Source: a virus
Reading direction: 5' to 3' (one strand)
Virus genome (UHGV): UHGV-0212970
Length of the DNA stretch: 53,962 nucleotides
Under the pieces are notes generated by a model. It searched no databases and was not told the origin of the DNA. It saw only the letters and a program-made list of their open reading frames with translations. Each line of letters starts with the position of its first letter. Position 1 is the stretch's first letter. The position numbers were made by a program, and so were the translations under genes. Positions 1-9,308 of this stretch are shown here, in pieces.

Positions 1-645
1 ATCATTCCAGCGATAAACAATATCAGGGTTATTGACGTTGGCGAAAATTATGCGGTTGGCGAGCGTTATTTATCATGCGATGAAATAGGCCATTTCTGGC
101 GAACGGTGGATGATTCGCAGATCTACCGTCAGAACAAGATAGCATTAAAGCTATTATTGCTCACCGGGTGCAGGGTGGGGGAGTTGCAGAAAATGAGAAG
201 GGAGCACCTCGACCTGGATAACGGGGTGTGGACCGTCCCGGCAGCGGTGGCGAAGACAAGAAGTGAAATCAGGCGGGGATTATCAGATTTGTCGATAAAA
301 ATGCTCAGGGAGGTGTTATCCTCCCATGAGTATGATTACGTGTTCCCGCCAGTGATTAACGGCGGTAACAGGCCAGTAAACGCATCGGTGATAAAAGTAG
401 CCGCAATCTTCGTGCGTAAAAGGATGGGCGGTAAATCATGGTCCTGTCACGACCTCCGCAGGACGTGCCGGACACACCTTTCAGCTATAGGTGTTCCGGT
501 ACATATTGCGGAAAAGATCTTAGGCCATTCATTAAGGGGAATACTGGCGGTGTACGATAAATACGATTATCTTGACGAACAAAAGGAGGCGCTAAATAAG
601 TTTGCTGATTATGTATTATCTTTGGCTGACGTTAAACCAATCTGA
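1..645 (+). CDS. int: Tyrosine integrase, C-terminal catalytic part (5' end lies outside the window)
   Basis: Frame of ORF 106..645 is open back to nt 1; HDLRRT box and C-terminal Tyr region (AVYDKYDY) typical of phage integrases. Confidence 0.85.
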   Translation: MIPAINNIRVIDVGENYAVGERYLSCDEIGHFWRTVDDSQIYRQNKIALKLLLLTGCRVGELQKMRREHLDLDNGVWTVPAAVAKTRSEIRRGLSDLSIKMLREVLSSHEYDYVFPPVINGGNRPVNASVIKVAAIFVRKRMGGKSWSCHDLRRTCRTHLSAIGVPVHIAEKILGHSLRGILAVYDKYDYLDEQKEALNKFADYVLSLADVKPI

Positions 646-839
646 TCAAAGAACTGCATTACGTCCTGATAGCGGTACATAACGCCACGACCGTTACCAA
701 GTACATCAACCGGGTCGGGGAACGGAGTTCCGTTCCGTTCCCATTTTTTACGCCATAAATAAAATGTTCCCCTGCTAATTCCACCAAGCATCCGGCAGAT
801 GGCAGGGCGACTAAGAAGGATTGTCCCTGTTTTATCCAT
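609..839 (-). CDS. AlpA/Xis-like excisionase-family DNA-binding protein
   Basis: 76 aa; pattern LLSRPAICRMLGGISRGTFYLWRKK...FPDPVDVLGNGRG..Y resembles AlpA/excisionase HTH; adjacent to int, overlaps its 3' end tail-to-tail. Confidence 0.55.
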   Translation of the reverse strand: MDKTGTILLSRPAICRMLGGISRGTFYLWRKKWERNGTPFPDPVDVLGNGRGVMYRYQDVMQFFDQIGLTSAKDNT

Positions 840-1498
840 TATTTACCTCCCGTGTATTCAACGTGTCCGATACATCCGTCAATAATAGCTTGTGCCATAT
901 TGCGATAATCACGCGAATAATCATTATCACGATTGAAATTTATTTCTCCTGCCGCATCCTCACCAATAACCTTCGTAGCCAGAGCAAACGCAATTTGCGC
1001 CAGTGCTTTTTCTTTCGGATCAACGTATAAATAATAATTATAAAAACCCCATTCAATAGCATTTTCTTTCTGTATACTGCCTTTTTCTGTGTATACCCCG
1101 TATTTATCACCGATAAACTTAAACATTACAATCCCAATGTAATAGCCATCAGGATAATAACAATCAAGCCACACGCCGCACGGCGGCTTTTCTCCTGGCT
1201 TCCATTCTGTTTTTTCTTGTTGTGTTTCGCAATCATGGCGTTCATCTTCGATTAATTCATCAATGATTTCACTTTCTTTATTCATGCCGTCATCATCCTT
1301 ATTCGATAAATTAGCGTATTTATCAAATTTCCAGCTTGCAGCCATAACCGAATAAGTGCCGCCAGTGTCAGCGCGGACACCCAATAAATAGTATGATCCA
1401 AAATTATATTCTGTGCGGCATGTTGTTACCTCAAACGATGGGTAACATTCAGGGTTAGTGCGATGGCTAATCACGCCAATTGCTTTTAGTTTATTCAT
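839..1498 (-). CDS. Hypothetical protein (about 220 aa)
   Basis: ORF track 839..1513; likely start at MNKLKAIG with GAGGA SD upstream; no motif recognised. Confidence 0.5.
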   Translation of the reverse strand: MNKLKAIGVISHRTNPECYPSFEVTTCRTEYNFGSYYLLGVRADTGGTYSVMAASWKFDKYANLSNKDDDGMNKESEIIDELIEDERHDCETQQEKTEWKPGEKPPCGVWLDCYYPDGYYIGIVMFKFIGDKYGVYTEKGSIQKENAIEWGFYNYYLYVDPKEKALAQIAFALATKVIGEDAAGEINFNRDNDYSRDYRNMAQAIIDGCIGHVEYTGGK

Positions 1499-1513
1499 TT
1501 TGCTTATCCTCAA

Positions 1514-1690
1514 TTACGCCACAGTTACGTTGTCAACTTTGATAAAATATTCAGGGTGATTTTCTATTTCGTGCTGAAAGTGAGCGTGACACAATCGCCA
1601 CTCCCGCGCCTGGTTGTGGAAGTAATAAACATATTCGCCATCAACCTTATACAAAATTCCGGTAGGTTTAGCCATGTAATAACGCGCCAT
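1514..1690 (-). CDS. Small hypothetical protein (58 aa)
   Basis: ATG overlaps the NinB stop (TAATG coupling), SD GGGGG upstream; below ORF-track size cut-off. Confidence 0.3.
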   Translation of the reverse strand: MARYYMAKPTGILYKVDGEYVYYFHNQAREWRLCHAHFQHEIENHPEYFIKVDNVTVA

Positions 1691-2121
1691 TATTTCCCCC
1701 AGCGTTTTATAAATTCCTCGTTTAATTTCGTATCACCCGACCATTGAACATCATGTTCCGCGCCGAACGAGTAAATCAATTCGATTAGTTCGCTGAATTC
1801 TGATTTACTCATTCGACTTGTAGACGTTCCCAATACAACGAAGCCTGATTTATCCAGGTTAGGGACTACGCCATATTTCTTAAGTCCGGCAGTGAATACC
1901 GCTTTCCAGTCTTCCGGCGACAGCTTCTTACCGTACCAATTAACCTGATCGCTAATGTCGGTCAACAGCGCCCAAAGCAACGCATTTTGGCTTAGCGAGC
2001 GGGTTTTCTCCTGAATGGTGATTATCAGCGGGCTTTTGCTATCAGGCTGGATCTCTCTTATCTGCCTGATAGCATTTTCTTTCACTGCGTCGTTGACTAT
2101 CTCAAATCTAATTTGCCTCAT
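1690..2121 (-). CDS. ninB: NinB/Orf-family recombination mediator
   Basis: 143 aa; RSLSQNALLWALLTDIS...WKAVF resembles the NinB family signature. Confidence 0.7.
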   Translation of the reverse strand: MRQIRFEIVNDAVKENAIRQIREIQPDSKSPLIITIQEKTRSLSQNALLWALLTDISDQVNWYGKKLSPEDWKAVFTAGLKKYGVVPNLDKSGFVVLGTSTSRMSKSEFSELIELIYSFGAEHDVQWSGDTKLNEEFIKRWGK

Positions 2122-2344
2122 GATACACCGTTACTATTTCGCCATATAGCACGCGCATACATAATCGCCTGCAAAGAAATTAGCCGCGAGCTTGTCATGT
2201 ATTTTCCTTTAATCTTTTCATATCAACCGTGACAGGCTTATCAGGATCATCGCCGCGCATGTATTCCGCGATCGTGCTTAAATCCTCCACGGTCAATTCT
2301 AAATCCTTGTCCATAATTCCCCCTTACACAATCCGCATTGTGTT

Positions 2345-2530
2345 TCACAATTCCCCACGCAGCGCCCGCAATGCATCGTGCATTGGCACAAAAACCCGGT
2401 TAAATTTTACGTGTTTATATTTCCGCATCAGTGGCGGTGTATACACCTTTGCGTCGTATACTTCCCACGGATAATAAACGCGCGTATCGTCGACAAACGT
2501 TTCAACTGAATAAAAGATTACCCGTCTCAT
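2345..2530 (-). CDS. Hypothetical protein
   Basis: 61-aa ORF in leftward operon, tightly packed with neighbours. Confidence 0.4.
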   Translation of the reverse strand: MRRVIFYSVETFVDDTRVYYPWEVYDAKVYTPPLMRKYKHVKFNRVFVPMHDALRALRGEL

Positions 2531-3084
2531 AATTCTAACCCCGTTTCACCGTTAAGTTTTTCGATCTCAAATACTGGTTTATCCGGTAACAGGCCGTTAT
2601 TTTTCCGGTATTCATTCAGGCGGCTGTCAAAATCAAACGCGAGATCATTAGCGTGACCAAAGCGCCCAGGTTTAAACAGTGAGTAAAAGTTAAGGCCGTG
2701 TTTATTGGTGTCTATGCAAAGCGTTTCATCAAGTACCATTAAACGCAGCGTGCGCGACAGGTAATTCCACGGGATACCAGTTTCCGCGCTAATGTCACGC
2801 ATACACTTCTTAACGCTGTAGTCACTAAATAACGCCGCCACACGATCACGACGTTGTGCATACAAATATTTAATTCGATACCCCAATAATCTGCGGCGCG
2901 GTCCGAAATATGTATATACACGCTCGACAATACCAGTATCAATCAAGTGTTTAATTGTCTCAGGCAAACATCCGGCTTCGTCATATTCCGCTGATAATCC
3001 GGTTTTCTGGCGTAGCTGGTGCATTGTTGCGATGCCGTCCAGTTCAAGGATATTGATAACTTTTGTTTCAAGTTCAATGCTCAT
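2527..3084 (-). CDS. Hypothetical protein
   Basis: ORF track 2527..3120; probable start at internal Met (MSIELETK); no motif recognised. Confidence 0.5.
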   Translation of the reverse strand: MSIELETKVINILELDGIATMHQLRQKTGLSAEYDEAGCLPETIKHLIDTGIVERVYTYFGPRRRLLGYRIKYLYAQRRDRVAALFSDYSVKKCMRDISAETGIPWNYLSRTLRLMVLDETLCIDTNKHGLNFYSLFKPGRFGHANDLAFDFDSRLNEYRKNNGLLPDKPVFEIEKLNGETGLEL

Positions 3085-3163
3085 TGTTTTTCGCCTCGTT
3101 TTAAGCGCGAAAACAGCCACCAGAAAGAGATCAACTTTCCGGTAAGCCGTTTGCTCAAGTTAA

Positions 3164-4585
3164 TTAAAAGGATGCGTTATTCTGGTTATTTCGTGGGGAG
3201 AATCGGCTTGCTGCCGGACGTTGTTGCATTGACTGGATGCAGGCGGACGCCGCGCGAGCCTGGTCGCATGGAATGATGTTGCCGTTATCGTCAAACCGCT
3301 GGTAAACAGTCCCCGTTTTCCCGTGACGGTTTTTTGAAACAATGATCTCCATGTATTCGCGGGCAACTGATTGTTCGTTGTAGTAGCCGTCGCGGTAGAC
3401 CATGATGATCCGGTCTGCGTCTTGTTCAAGATTACCGGAATCACGCAGATCGGAATTGTTCGGGCGCTTGTTCGGTCGTTCTTCAACGCGGCGGGATAAT
3501 TGCGCCAGCGCCGCCACTGGCACGCGCAACTCTTTCGCCATCATTTTCAATGACCACGACAATTGCCCTACGGCGAGATCATGACGTTCGGCCTTAGCCA
3601 GCTTCATTAACCCGATGTAGTCAATCATTACCATCCCCAGGTTAGGATGGTCCTGTTTCATCCGTTCGACGGTGGCGCGTATTTCCTCGACCGTTAACTG
3701 TGATGCGTCAACAATCCACACATCGAGATCGGCAAGGGCGCTCATTCCCTGGGCGACGTGCGCCCATCCTTCATCATCAAGTTTTACCGGATTACGTAGG
3801 CAATCCGTTGATAAGTTCCCAGCGCCAGCGATCGCGCGTTCAGTCATCTGATCGAGTGACATTTCAAGCGTGAACAGTAAAACGCCTACCCGCTGACCTT
3901 CTCCGCCAGGGTATGGACGTTCAGCCGCCGCGCGGGCAATTGCCAGCGCCAATGCCGATTTACCAGACCCAGGGCGTCCGGCGATAAGTACCAGATCAGT
4001 AGCGTTAATGCCGCCTAACATTTCGTCGAGTGGGTCAATCCCTGTTTTGATGTTGTCAGAGTTCACGCCACACTCCATGCGTTTACTTAGCACTTCCGTG
4101 TATTCCTGGACCGCATCGCGCAACAGCACCGGGATAATCTTGTCTTTCGTTACTTTTAATTTTGAATACCGGGAATCAAAATATTTCATCGTCTCCCTGA
4201 CAGCTTCAAGTGTCCCGGTTTCCAGGTTGTAGCGTATATCGTCCATCAGTTCCAACATTTGCCGCCGCTGATATTCCTCCTGTAATAGAGCGGCGTACCC
4301 CTTAAGGTTGGCAGCAGATGGACACGATCGCGCCGTTTGCATTAGCGGGACAAAATTTTCGTTACCGATTTCATCACCGACCATCAGAGCGTCAATAAGG
4401 TTTCTGTTTCTTGCTTGCGCCCGGATGATCTCAAACGCTCGTTTATATAGTGGAATGGTGAAGACTTCAGGATCGAGCGTAGCAAGAACATCTTGCGCGT
4501 TAGGAGTAAGCCCGCCCAACAGGAGGCCACCTATCACAGCCGCTTCCCGTTCCTGGCGTAATGAGTTTATTTGCTCGGTCACCAT
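3164..4585 (-). CDS. DnaB-family replicative DNA helicase
   Basis: 473 aa; Walker A GRPGSGKSALALAIA, DnaB-like N-terminal domain and RecA-like core; SD GGAGG upstream. Confidence 0.85.
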   Translation of the reverse strand: MVTEQINSLRQEREAAVIGGLLLGGLTPNAQDVLATLDPEVFTIPLYKRAFEIIRAQARNRNLIDALMVGDEIGNENFVPLMQTARSCPSAANLKGYAALLQEEYQRRQMLELMDDIRYNLETGTLEAVRETMKYFDSRYSKLKVTKDKIIPVLLRDAVQEYTEVLSKRMECGVNSDNIKTGIDPLDEMLGGINATDLVLIAGRPGSGKSALALAIARAAAERPYPGGEGQRVGVLLFTLEMSLDQMTERAIAGAGNLSTDCLRNPVKLDDEGWAHVAQGMSALADLDVWIVDASQLTVEEIRATVERMKQDHPNLGMVMIDYIGLMKLAKAERHDLAVGQLSWSLKMMAKELRVPVAALAQLSRRVEERPNKRPNNSDLRDSGNLEQDADRIIMVYRDGYYNEQSVAREYMEIIVSKNRHGKTGTVYQRFDDNGNIIPCDQARAASACIQSMQQRPAASRFSPRNNQNNASF

Positions 4586-4622
4586 TATGGTATTGCCTCC
4601 GGTTTACAAAATGGAATATTCA

Positions 4623-5126
4623 GGGTAAAGAAATACCGTGATTGCTATGAAAGTTATACATTCTTTCAGCTTCTTTTCTTGCTTTTACGGCATCATCAAA
4701 TGAGTCACCGTAATAAACGTATATTGTTTTCTTTTTCCCATCAGATCACCTTATACCTATTTGCGCACGCCATTTATTGGTTTTCTTGTTCCACGTAACG
4801 CCAACGCATCCGCTAGTATTACTTGATGGCATTGTTTTGTTTCTGTTATTCTCCTTCCTTGTCACCATCCTTAAGTTTTCGATTCTATCGTCACCAGGTA
4901 CATGATTTATGTGATCTATTTCCATTCCATCAGGAATAGGGCCGTTAAACATTTCCCAGATAATGCGGTGACGCCATGTGCAACAAATACCATTAACGCG
5001 TACAGTCCAATATCCGCGATAATGTTTACATCCAGCCACGCTACCTGCTTTTATTTTGTTATTTGCACGGTTACAAGACCAATATAGAACGCCGTCGCTA
5101 TATGTAAATAAATCATCCCACATCAT
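4623..5126 (-). CDS. HNH endonuclease with AP2-like C-terminal domain, reading frame interrupted by a stop codon near 4746-4748
   Basis: ORF track 4746..5228 (likely start at MMWDD, 5126) has HNH motif EIDHINH...NLRMVTRKEN; 41 further codons after the TGA encode the rest of an AP2-like domain (KKKTIYVYYGDSFDDAVKARKEAERMYNFHSNHG) matching the intact paralog at 32592..33083. Confidence 0.6.
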
Positions 5127-6243
5127 GACACCCCACCATTTCAGGCCTATATACAAAGCGACCAATTTCGCCATAATCAGGACTGTAAATGATAACCGCA
5201 GCGCAACGTTGCGATCTCCATCCTCCATTAGTTGAATAAGCGTCTTTGCCCGCTAACGTGCCGTGGTGTTCAACTATGCCTATAGATGATTCTGTTACTG
5301 ATTTATGGTGCAAATGTCCGACATGGACGTAAACATATTTCGACTTTCCGAAATCCTCCCGCCAGTCAGCTACGCAAGCAGCCAACAAATTTTCCGGCTT
5401 TTTGATAGTGTGCCCGTGGTGGTAAGCAAGGAATGTTTTGCCGTACTGTGTGTGGTGGACGATAGCAGGGGACACATCAACCGTCACGCGCGGTTCATCT
5501 TCGTAAAAAGCCGCCAGCGCCGCGCGTAGCCAAATCATGCCTGACTGATCGTGATTGCCTGATAACACCTGGATTTCAACATCCTTATGATTTAGTAACA
5601 TCTTCCCGACCGCACGCCGGACCGACCGGATCGCCACGTAAACCAGTTTTGCGTAGCGTGAATCGCAATCCAGGACGTGATTGCTTGATGGCGTCACTGG
5701 TAACAGGCCGTCAGTATGAAGCACATCACCGCCGAGAAGTAAAACAGCCTTTTCAGACATTGGCGCAGCGCCTACCGAGTAGTCGAAGAAATCATTTAGC
5801 ACACGTTCAGCGATCCCGGTGTCGTAGCTTTCGCCGCATTCAGCTTTATGAGCAAGCGCCCCGATATGTAGATCGAATACCGGATAAAGGGCCAGGCTTT
5901 TTTGGAAATCAATTTCCGGCACTGGCACGGCCTCCGCGCGTGGCATATCTTCCGTGAAAGCATCGCAAGCCGCTTGCATTAGCCTTTCCATTTCATCGCG
6001 ATCACGGGCTGTTTTAATCCAGCGCATAATCACATTGCCATCCTTATCGACGAGCAAAGACTCACCATTGACGCCAAAACCCGGTGCGCGGCGCGTGGAT
6101 ATTAAACCGCGTTTCGCCAACCGTGCGCCCAGGCGTTCGACGTTGCGTTTTGCCATGCCATATTTTTCTGCGATCTGTTTATACGTCAGACCGTTATTAT
6201 GTTCAGCGATTAACTGTTCATCGCTGATCTTTCTTTGTGACAT
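5113..6243 (-). CDS. Calcineurin-like metallophosphoesterase with N-terminal HTH
   Basis: 376 aa; motifs DLHIG, GGDVLH, GNHD, HHGH, GHLH; N-terminal HTH-like segment (GLTYKQIAEKYGMAKRNVERL). Confidence 0.65.
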   Translation of the reverse strand: MSQRKISDEQLIAEHNNGLTYKQIAEKYGMAKRNVERLGARLAKRGLISTRRAPGFGVNGESLLVDKDGNVIMRWIKTARDRDEMERLMQAACDAFTEDMPRAEAVPVPEIDFQKSLALYPVFDLHIGALAHKAECGESYDTGIAERVLNDFFDYSVGAAPMSEKAVLLLGGDVLHTDGLLPVTPSSNHVLDCDSRYAKLVYVAIRSVRRAVGKMLLNHKDVEIQVLSGNHDQSGMIWLRAALAAFYEDEPRVTVDVSPAIVHHTQYGKTFLAYHHGHTIKKPENLLAACVADWREDFGKSKYVYVHVGHLHHKSVTESSIGIVEHHGTLAGKDAYSTNGGWRSQRCAAVIIYSPDYGEIGRFVYRPEMVGCHDVG

Positions 6244-6395
6244 AACGTTAATTCCTCCGGTTTACAGAATGTATATTTATTTTCCGTAAAACGCGCTACA
6301 ACGCAAAATTCCACCGCGTAACCCATTTGTAAGGGTGCAGTGTCTTTTTTGCGCCAGAGGCGCTATCAGGTGGCTAATTTTCGATTTACAGACTG

Positions 6396-6506
6396 GTAGG
6401 TAGGTTATGGATTAACGAGAAGGTACAAACCGCCGAACAAAGCGACGTTAACAGCGATTACCGCAGCGATGGCAAAAGCCAGGGCGAAAACGTGTTTACC
6501 GTCCAT
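6396..6506 (-). CDS. Small hydrophobic peptide (about 36 aa)
   Basis: MDGKHVFALAFAIAAVIAVNVALFGGLYLLVNP; single predicted TM helix; below ORF-track cut-off. Confidence 0.3.
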
Positions 6507-6639
6507 TTTAAAATCCTCTCTGTAACGCTCTATAACGAGCTAAACCGCTAAAGATATGCAATCGTAGCACCATGCGTGTTTTAGCTCGCTGGCGAGGTTG
6601 TTTTGTGGGTAATTTTGGATTTTTGCGGATCGTGGTTGG

Positions 6640-7692
6640 TCAAAGAACGCCAGCGCGTGTATCACGTAGCGTTTTTGGTTTAAGCAGGAAATCAAGTGTC
6701 GCAGTAAAGCCATTGCCGAAGTAAAAATCTGAAGCCGTGTTTTTGAACGTTTCGAAGTAGGCGACAAAGCCGTTAATGCTTTTGTCTTTCAGGTAGTCAG
6801 TGAACGCATAGATCTTGCGTTCAAGATCCCGATCCAGTTCGGCAGGTGGTAACAGGCCGTCAAACGTGCTGTTAAATGCTTCCACCACGTCGGCAGCGTT
6901 TACAGTAGCTGATAGCTTGCGCCATTGTTCAGCATCAGCCAAATACCCATCAAACTTAGTTACCCGGCAAATGTTGATAGGCTTAGGTGTTCCACCACGG
7001 CTACGCCATTGCGTTAAAGCCCACTCAATCACTAATGTGATCTCATCCTCCGTATACGCTTTACGTGTTTTTGTTTCTGTCAGTAGTTCTACGAATGGCT
7101 TAGCATCACGACATTTGCATCCTGCCTTGTCGTTGTAGAAGGCAAGGCAACGCAATGCCGCTTCGTTTACGCCATCCTGATTGACCATTTTTTGTTCATT
7201 TTCGACAATACACGAAGTGTATATATCTTTTTCTCTTTCTTTTTCTACTTCTAATTCTAATTCATGACCCTTTCCTGACCCGGTCATGACCCTATCATGA
7301 CCTTTTGGTGTTGAATTGATTAACTTTTCTAATTTTAATTGCTCCTTCGCTGTGTTTATGGCGGCCCTGTAAGCGCTTTTAGAAGTCATTGATTGGTCCA
7401 GCCTTTTCAATAACTTTAAACAAGTTATGTGGCCTTGAGAACATTCAAACAAACCAATTTCGATGAAGTATTTCATTATTTCTTCTGTACGTTTTTCAGT
7501 AGATCCGACGTTTCGCGCAATTATTCTTGCGTCATGTCGTAGGTTAAAAGTTAGATTGTGCTGATCTACGTCATAAGTTATTAGTTCTAGGCAATACCAA
7601 TAAAGCCCGTACCCTTCCAGGCCATAATCTAATAAAACGTTTTGAAGTTTTTCATCGCGGTTCGCATCGCTATCATGCTTAAACCACTTCAT
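6640..7692 (-). CDS. Phage replisome organizer / replication initiation protein (DUF4373-like N-terminal domain)
   Basis: 350 aa; N-terminus MKWFKHDSDANRDEKLQNVLLDYGLEGYGLYWYCLELI matches the DUF4373 pattern as I recall it; sits upstream of the helicase. Confidence 0.6.
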   Translation of the reverse strand: MKWFKHDSDANRDEKLQNVLLDYGLEGYGLYWYCLELITYDVDQHNLTFNLRHDARIIARNVGSTEKRTEEIMKYFIEIGLFECSQGHITCLKLLKRLDQSMTSKSAYRAAINTAKEQLKLEKLINSTPKGHDRVMTGSGKGHELELEVEKEREKDIYTSCIVENEQKMVNQDGVNEAALRCLAFYNDKAGCKCRDAKPFVELLTETKTRKAYTEDEITLVIEWALTQWRSRGGTPKPINICRVTKFDGYLADAEQWRKLSATVNAADVVEAFNSTFDGLLPPAELDRDLERKIYAFTDYLKDKSINGFVAYFETFKNTASDFYFGNGFTATLDFLLKPKTLRDTRAGVL

Positions 7693-7695
7693 AGA

Positions 7696-7950
7696 TCATT
7701 CCTCCGGCAATGCAATGTCATAAATGTCGCCGTATTCGTCAGCGCGTTTAATGAATCCTTTGCGGATCAATGAATTTAATGCGTCAACAGCAGTATGCAG
7801 TGGCAGTTCGCACACTTTTGCGATCTCTTCGCGTGAAGCATGTGCGCGGCCTTTGTTGTCTGCCTTTTCTGCAAACGCAATTAAGACAAGTTTTTGGATC
7901 GGGCTGTTAAGTTTTACGTTCCATGCTTCATTCATCATGCGCATACTCAT
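7696..7950 (-). CDS. HTH DNA-binding protein, first gene of the leftward operon (Cro-like or replication-associated)
   Basis: 84 aa; winged-helix-like segment SREEIAKVCELPLHTAVDALNSLIRKGFIK; divergent from the repressor gene. Confidence 0.45.
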   Translation of the reverse strand: MSMRMMNEAWNVKLNSPIQKLVLIAFAEKADNKGRAHASREEIAKVCELPLHTAVDALNSLIRKGFIKRADEYGDIYDIALPEE

Positions 7951-8059
7951 CTTGTTTTTCTCCTATGGTTAGAGTGAACGCGCGGGCGGGCATCCCATTA
8001 GCATTAGATAGCAGTGACTGACCGCTCAACAGATCCCGCCGTTGCGTGATATTTGTTTT

Positions 8060-8092
8060 TCGCTTCGCAGCGACACCGGATTTTTAAAGAGC
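8060..8092 (-). promoter_or_regulatory. nutR-like antitermination site (boxA GCTCTTTAAAAA plus GNRA-loop hairpin) on the leftward transcript
   Basis: Minus-strand GCTCTTTAAAAA is 1 mismatch from the rrn/lambda boxA consensus; about 11 nt further along the transcript is hairpin uCGCU-GCGA-AGCGa. Confidence 0.4.
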
Positions 8093-8168
8093 TTAAGGTA
8101 AGTGCCTTTTGTGCCTTCCGTTATCTTTTTCTTTGCGTCTTTGCAAGTATGGCCTTACCTTGTCTGCA

Positions 8169-8196
8169 AGTTTACAAAATGGAATTTTAAGATCAA
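8169..8196 (-). promoter_or_regulatory. Candidate leftward early promoter (PR-like) overlapping motif copy TTTACAAAATGG
   Basis: Minus strand TTGATC-N16-TAAACT; CCATTTTG element lies in the spacer. Confidence 0.35.
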
Positions 8197-8220
8197 GGCT
8201 TAAAATACACGTTTTGTGAC

Positions 8221-8248
8221 TTGCATCAAACCTTTTGAGGTTATAGGG
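8221..8248 (+). promoter_or_regulatory. Candidate repressor-gene promoter (PRM-like)
   Basis: TTGCAT-N16-TATAGG ending about 7 nt before the cI-like ATG; would give a near-leaderless mRNA. Confidence 0.3.
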
Positions 8249-8255
8249 TAGCGAC

Positions 8256-8903
8256 ATGAAAACAAAATGGTATGACTTAGCAAAGCAGCTCATGCGGGCG
8301 CAGGGCATGAGTCAGGATTCACTCGCAGATCTCATGGGGATAACTAAAGGCGGCCTGTCACACTGGCTTAACGGTCGCCGCGAGCCAAATCTTGAAGATA
8401 TTGCGCGGATTATGCGGGCGCTTGGGCGTCGTCAGTTCACTGTTACACATGATGGTATGGTCATTGATGATTCTGTTTCTAATACACTTCAGGCCGCACC
8501 GCCGCGTGATTTAGGTAGTTACCCGGTTATTGACTGGAAGGACACAGTAAACAATATGGATGACACAAGGCGATCAGCATTACCACACGTTACGACTAGC
8601 GTTATTTGTTCAGATGATAGTTACTGGCTGGTTGCCAAAGGTGAATCAATGAACGCGCCGCAGGGGTTAAGCATCCCGGCGGGGACGATGATACTTGTTG
8701 ACCCGCACGCGCCAGCTATTGACGGCAAACTGGTTATAGCCCAGCTTGAGGAAGGGCAGATACCGACGTTTAAACAGTTGATTATTGATGGAGGTCAAAG
8801 GCTTTTACGTTCGCTGAATCCGCTGTATCCGCCAATCCCTATGAATCCAGAATCAAAAATTATAGGCGTGGTGGTTGATGCGAAGATCGTAAACCTGCCA
8901 TAA
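8256..8903 (+). CDS. CI-like prophage repressor (XRE-family HTH plus S24 LexA-like peptidase domain)
   Basis: 215 aa; N-terminal HTH (SQDSLADLMGITKGGLSHWLNGRR), C-terminal S24 motifs (VAKGESM ... TFKQL). Confidence 0.85.
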   Translation: MKTKWYDLAKQLMRAQGMSQDSLADLMGITKGGLSHWLNGRREPNLEDIARIMRALGRRQFTVTHDGMVIDDSVSNTLQAAPPRDLGSYPVIDWKDTVNNMDDTRRSALPHVTTSVICSDDSYWLVAKGESMNAPQGLSIPAGTMILVDPHAPAIDGKLVIAQLEEGQIPTFKQLIIDGGQRLLRSLNPLYPPIPMNPESKIIGVVVDAKIVNLP

Positions 8904-8908
8904 ACATT

Positions 8909-8934
8909 AGCCGCCGAATGGCGGCTTTTCTTTG
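8909..8934 (+). terminator. Rho-independent terminator after the repressor gene
   Basis: Hairpin AGCCGCC-GAAT-GGCGGCT followed by TTTTCTTT. Confidence 0.7.
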
Positions 8935-9012
8935 CCTGGAAAACACCAAAACGTAAACAGAAAACGTTATTTATTATTTAAATATCAATGGTATATAAAT
9001 ATTTTAAAAAAG

Positions 9013-9024
9013 TATACAAAATGG
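9013..9024 (-). promoter_or_regulatory. Copy of the recurrent 12-nt element (TATACAAAATGG) abutting the -35 of the rightward early promoter
   Basis: Exact motif copy; its reverse complement reads CCATTTTGTATACT (TG plus -10-like hexamer) facing the repressor 3' end. Confidence 0.35.
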
Positions 9025-9025
9025 A

Positions 9026-9054
9026 TTGACTCGGTGTTTTACGGGGCGTATATT
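9026..9054 (+). promoter_or_regulatory. Sigma70-type early rightward promoter (PL-like)
   Basis: TTGACT-N17-TATATT with AT-rich upstream region; followed by a roughly 340-nt untranslated leader. Confidence 0.6.
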
Positions 9055-9308
9055 GCGAATCAAAGGAAGGGCGCAGGTAACAAAAGCAACTTCCTGGCAC
9101 TTTAAAAATCAGGCTTAACACCTTGTCAACCGTGGAGTAACTCCCCGATGGGGGACCGAAAGCGGCACTGATAACAAGGCGCATGGGGTGTTTAAAGCGT
9201 TACATCCCCCACGAAACCGCACGCAAGGCGACGAGTCAGCTTGCTTGGAGTGAGCAAGGTCACGCCGGGAACGGCGATGATTGCGGGATTAGTTGAAAGA
9301 TGTTAAGC

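Noticed and set aside
3160-3486. 108-aa minus-strand ORF overlapping the 3' end of the helicase gene in another frame
   Set aside because: Fully embedded in the DnaB-like gene; no independent signals.
6503-6514. CCATTTTAAAAT resembling the recurrent 12-nt element
   Set aside because: Lacks the G of the TG step, overlaps the start of a small minus-strand ORF and would face antisense; likely chance.
8093-8308. 71-aa minus-strand ORF spanning the switch region and the repressor start
   Set aside because: Overlaps promoter/operator DNA and the start of the CI-like gene; no SD; the Cro-like role is better filled by 7696..7950.
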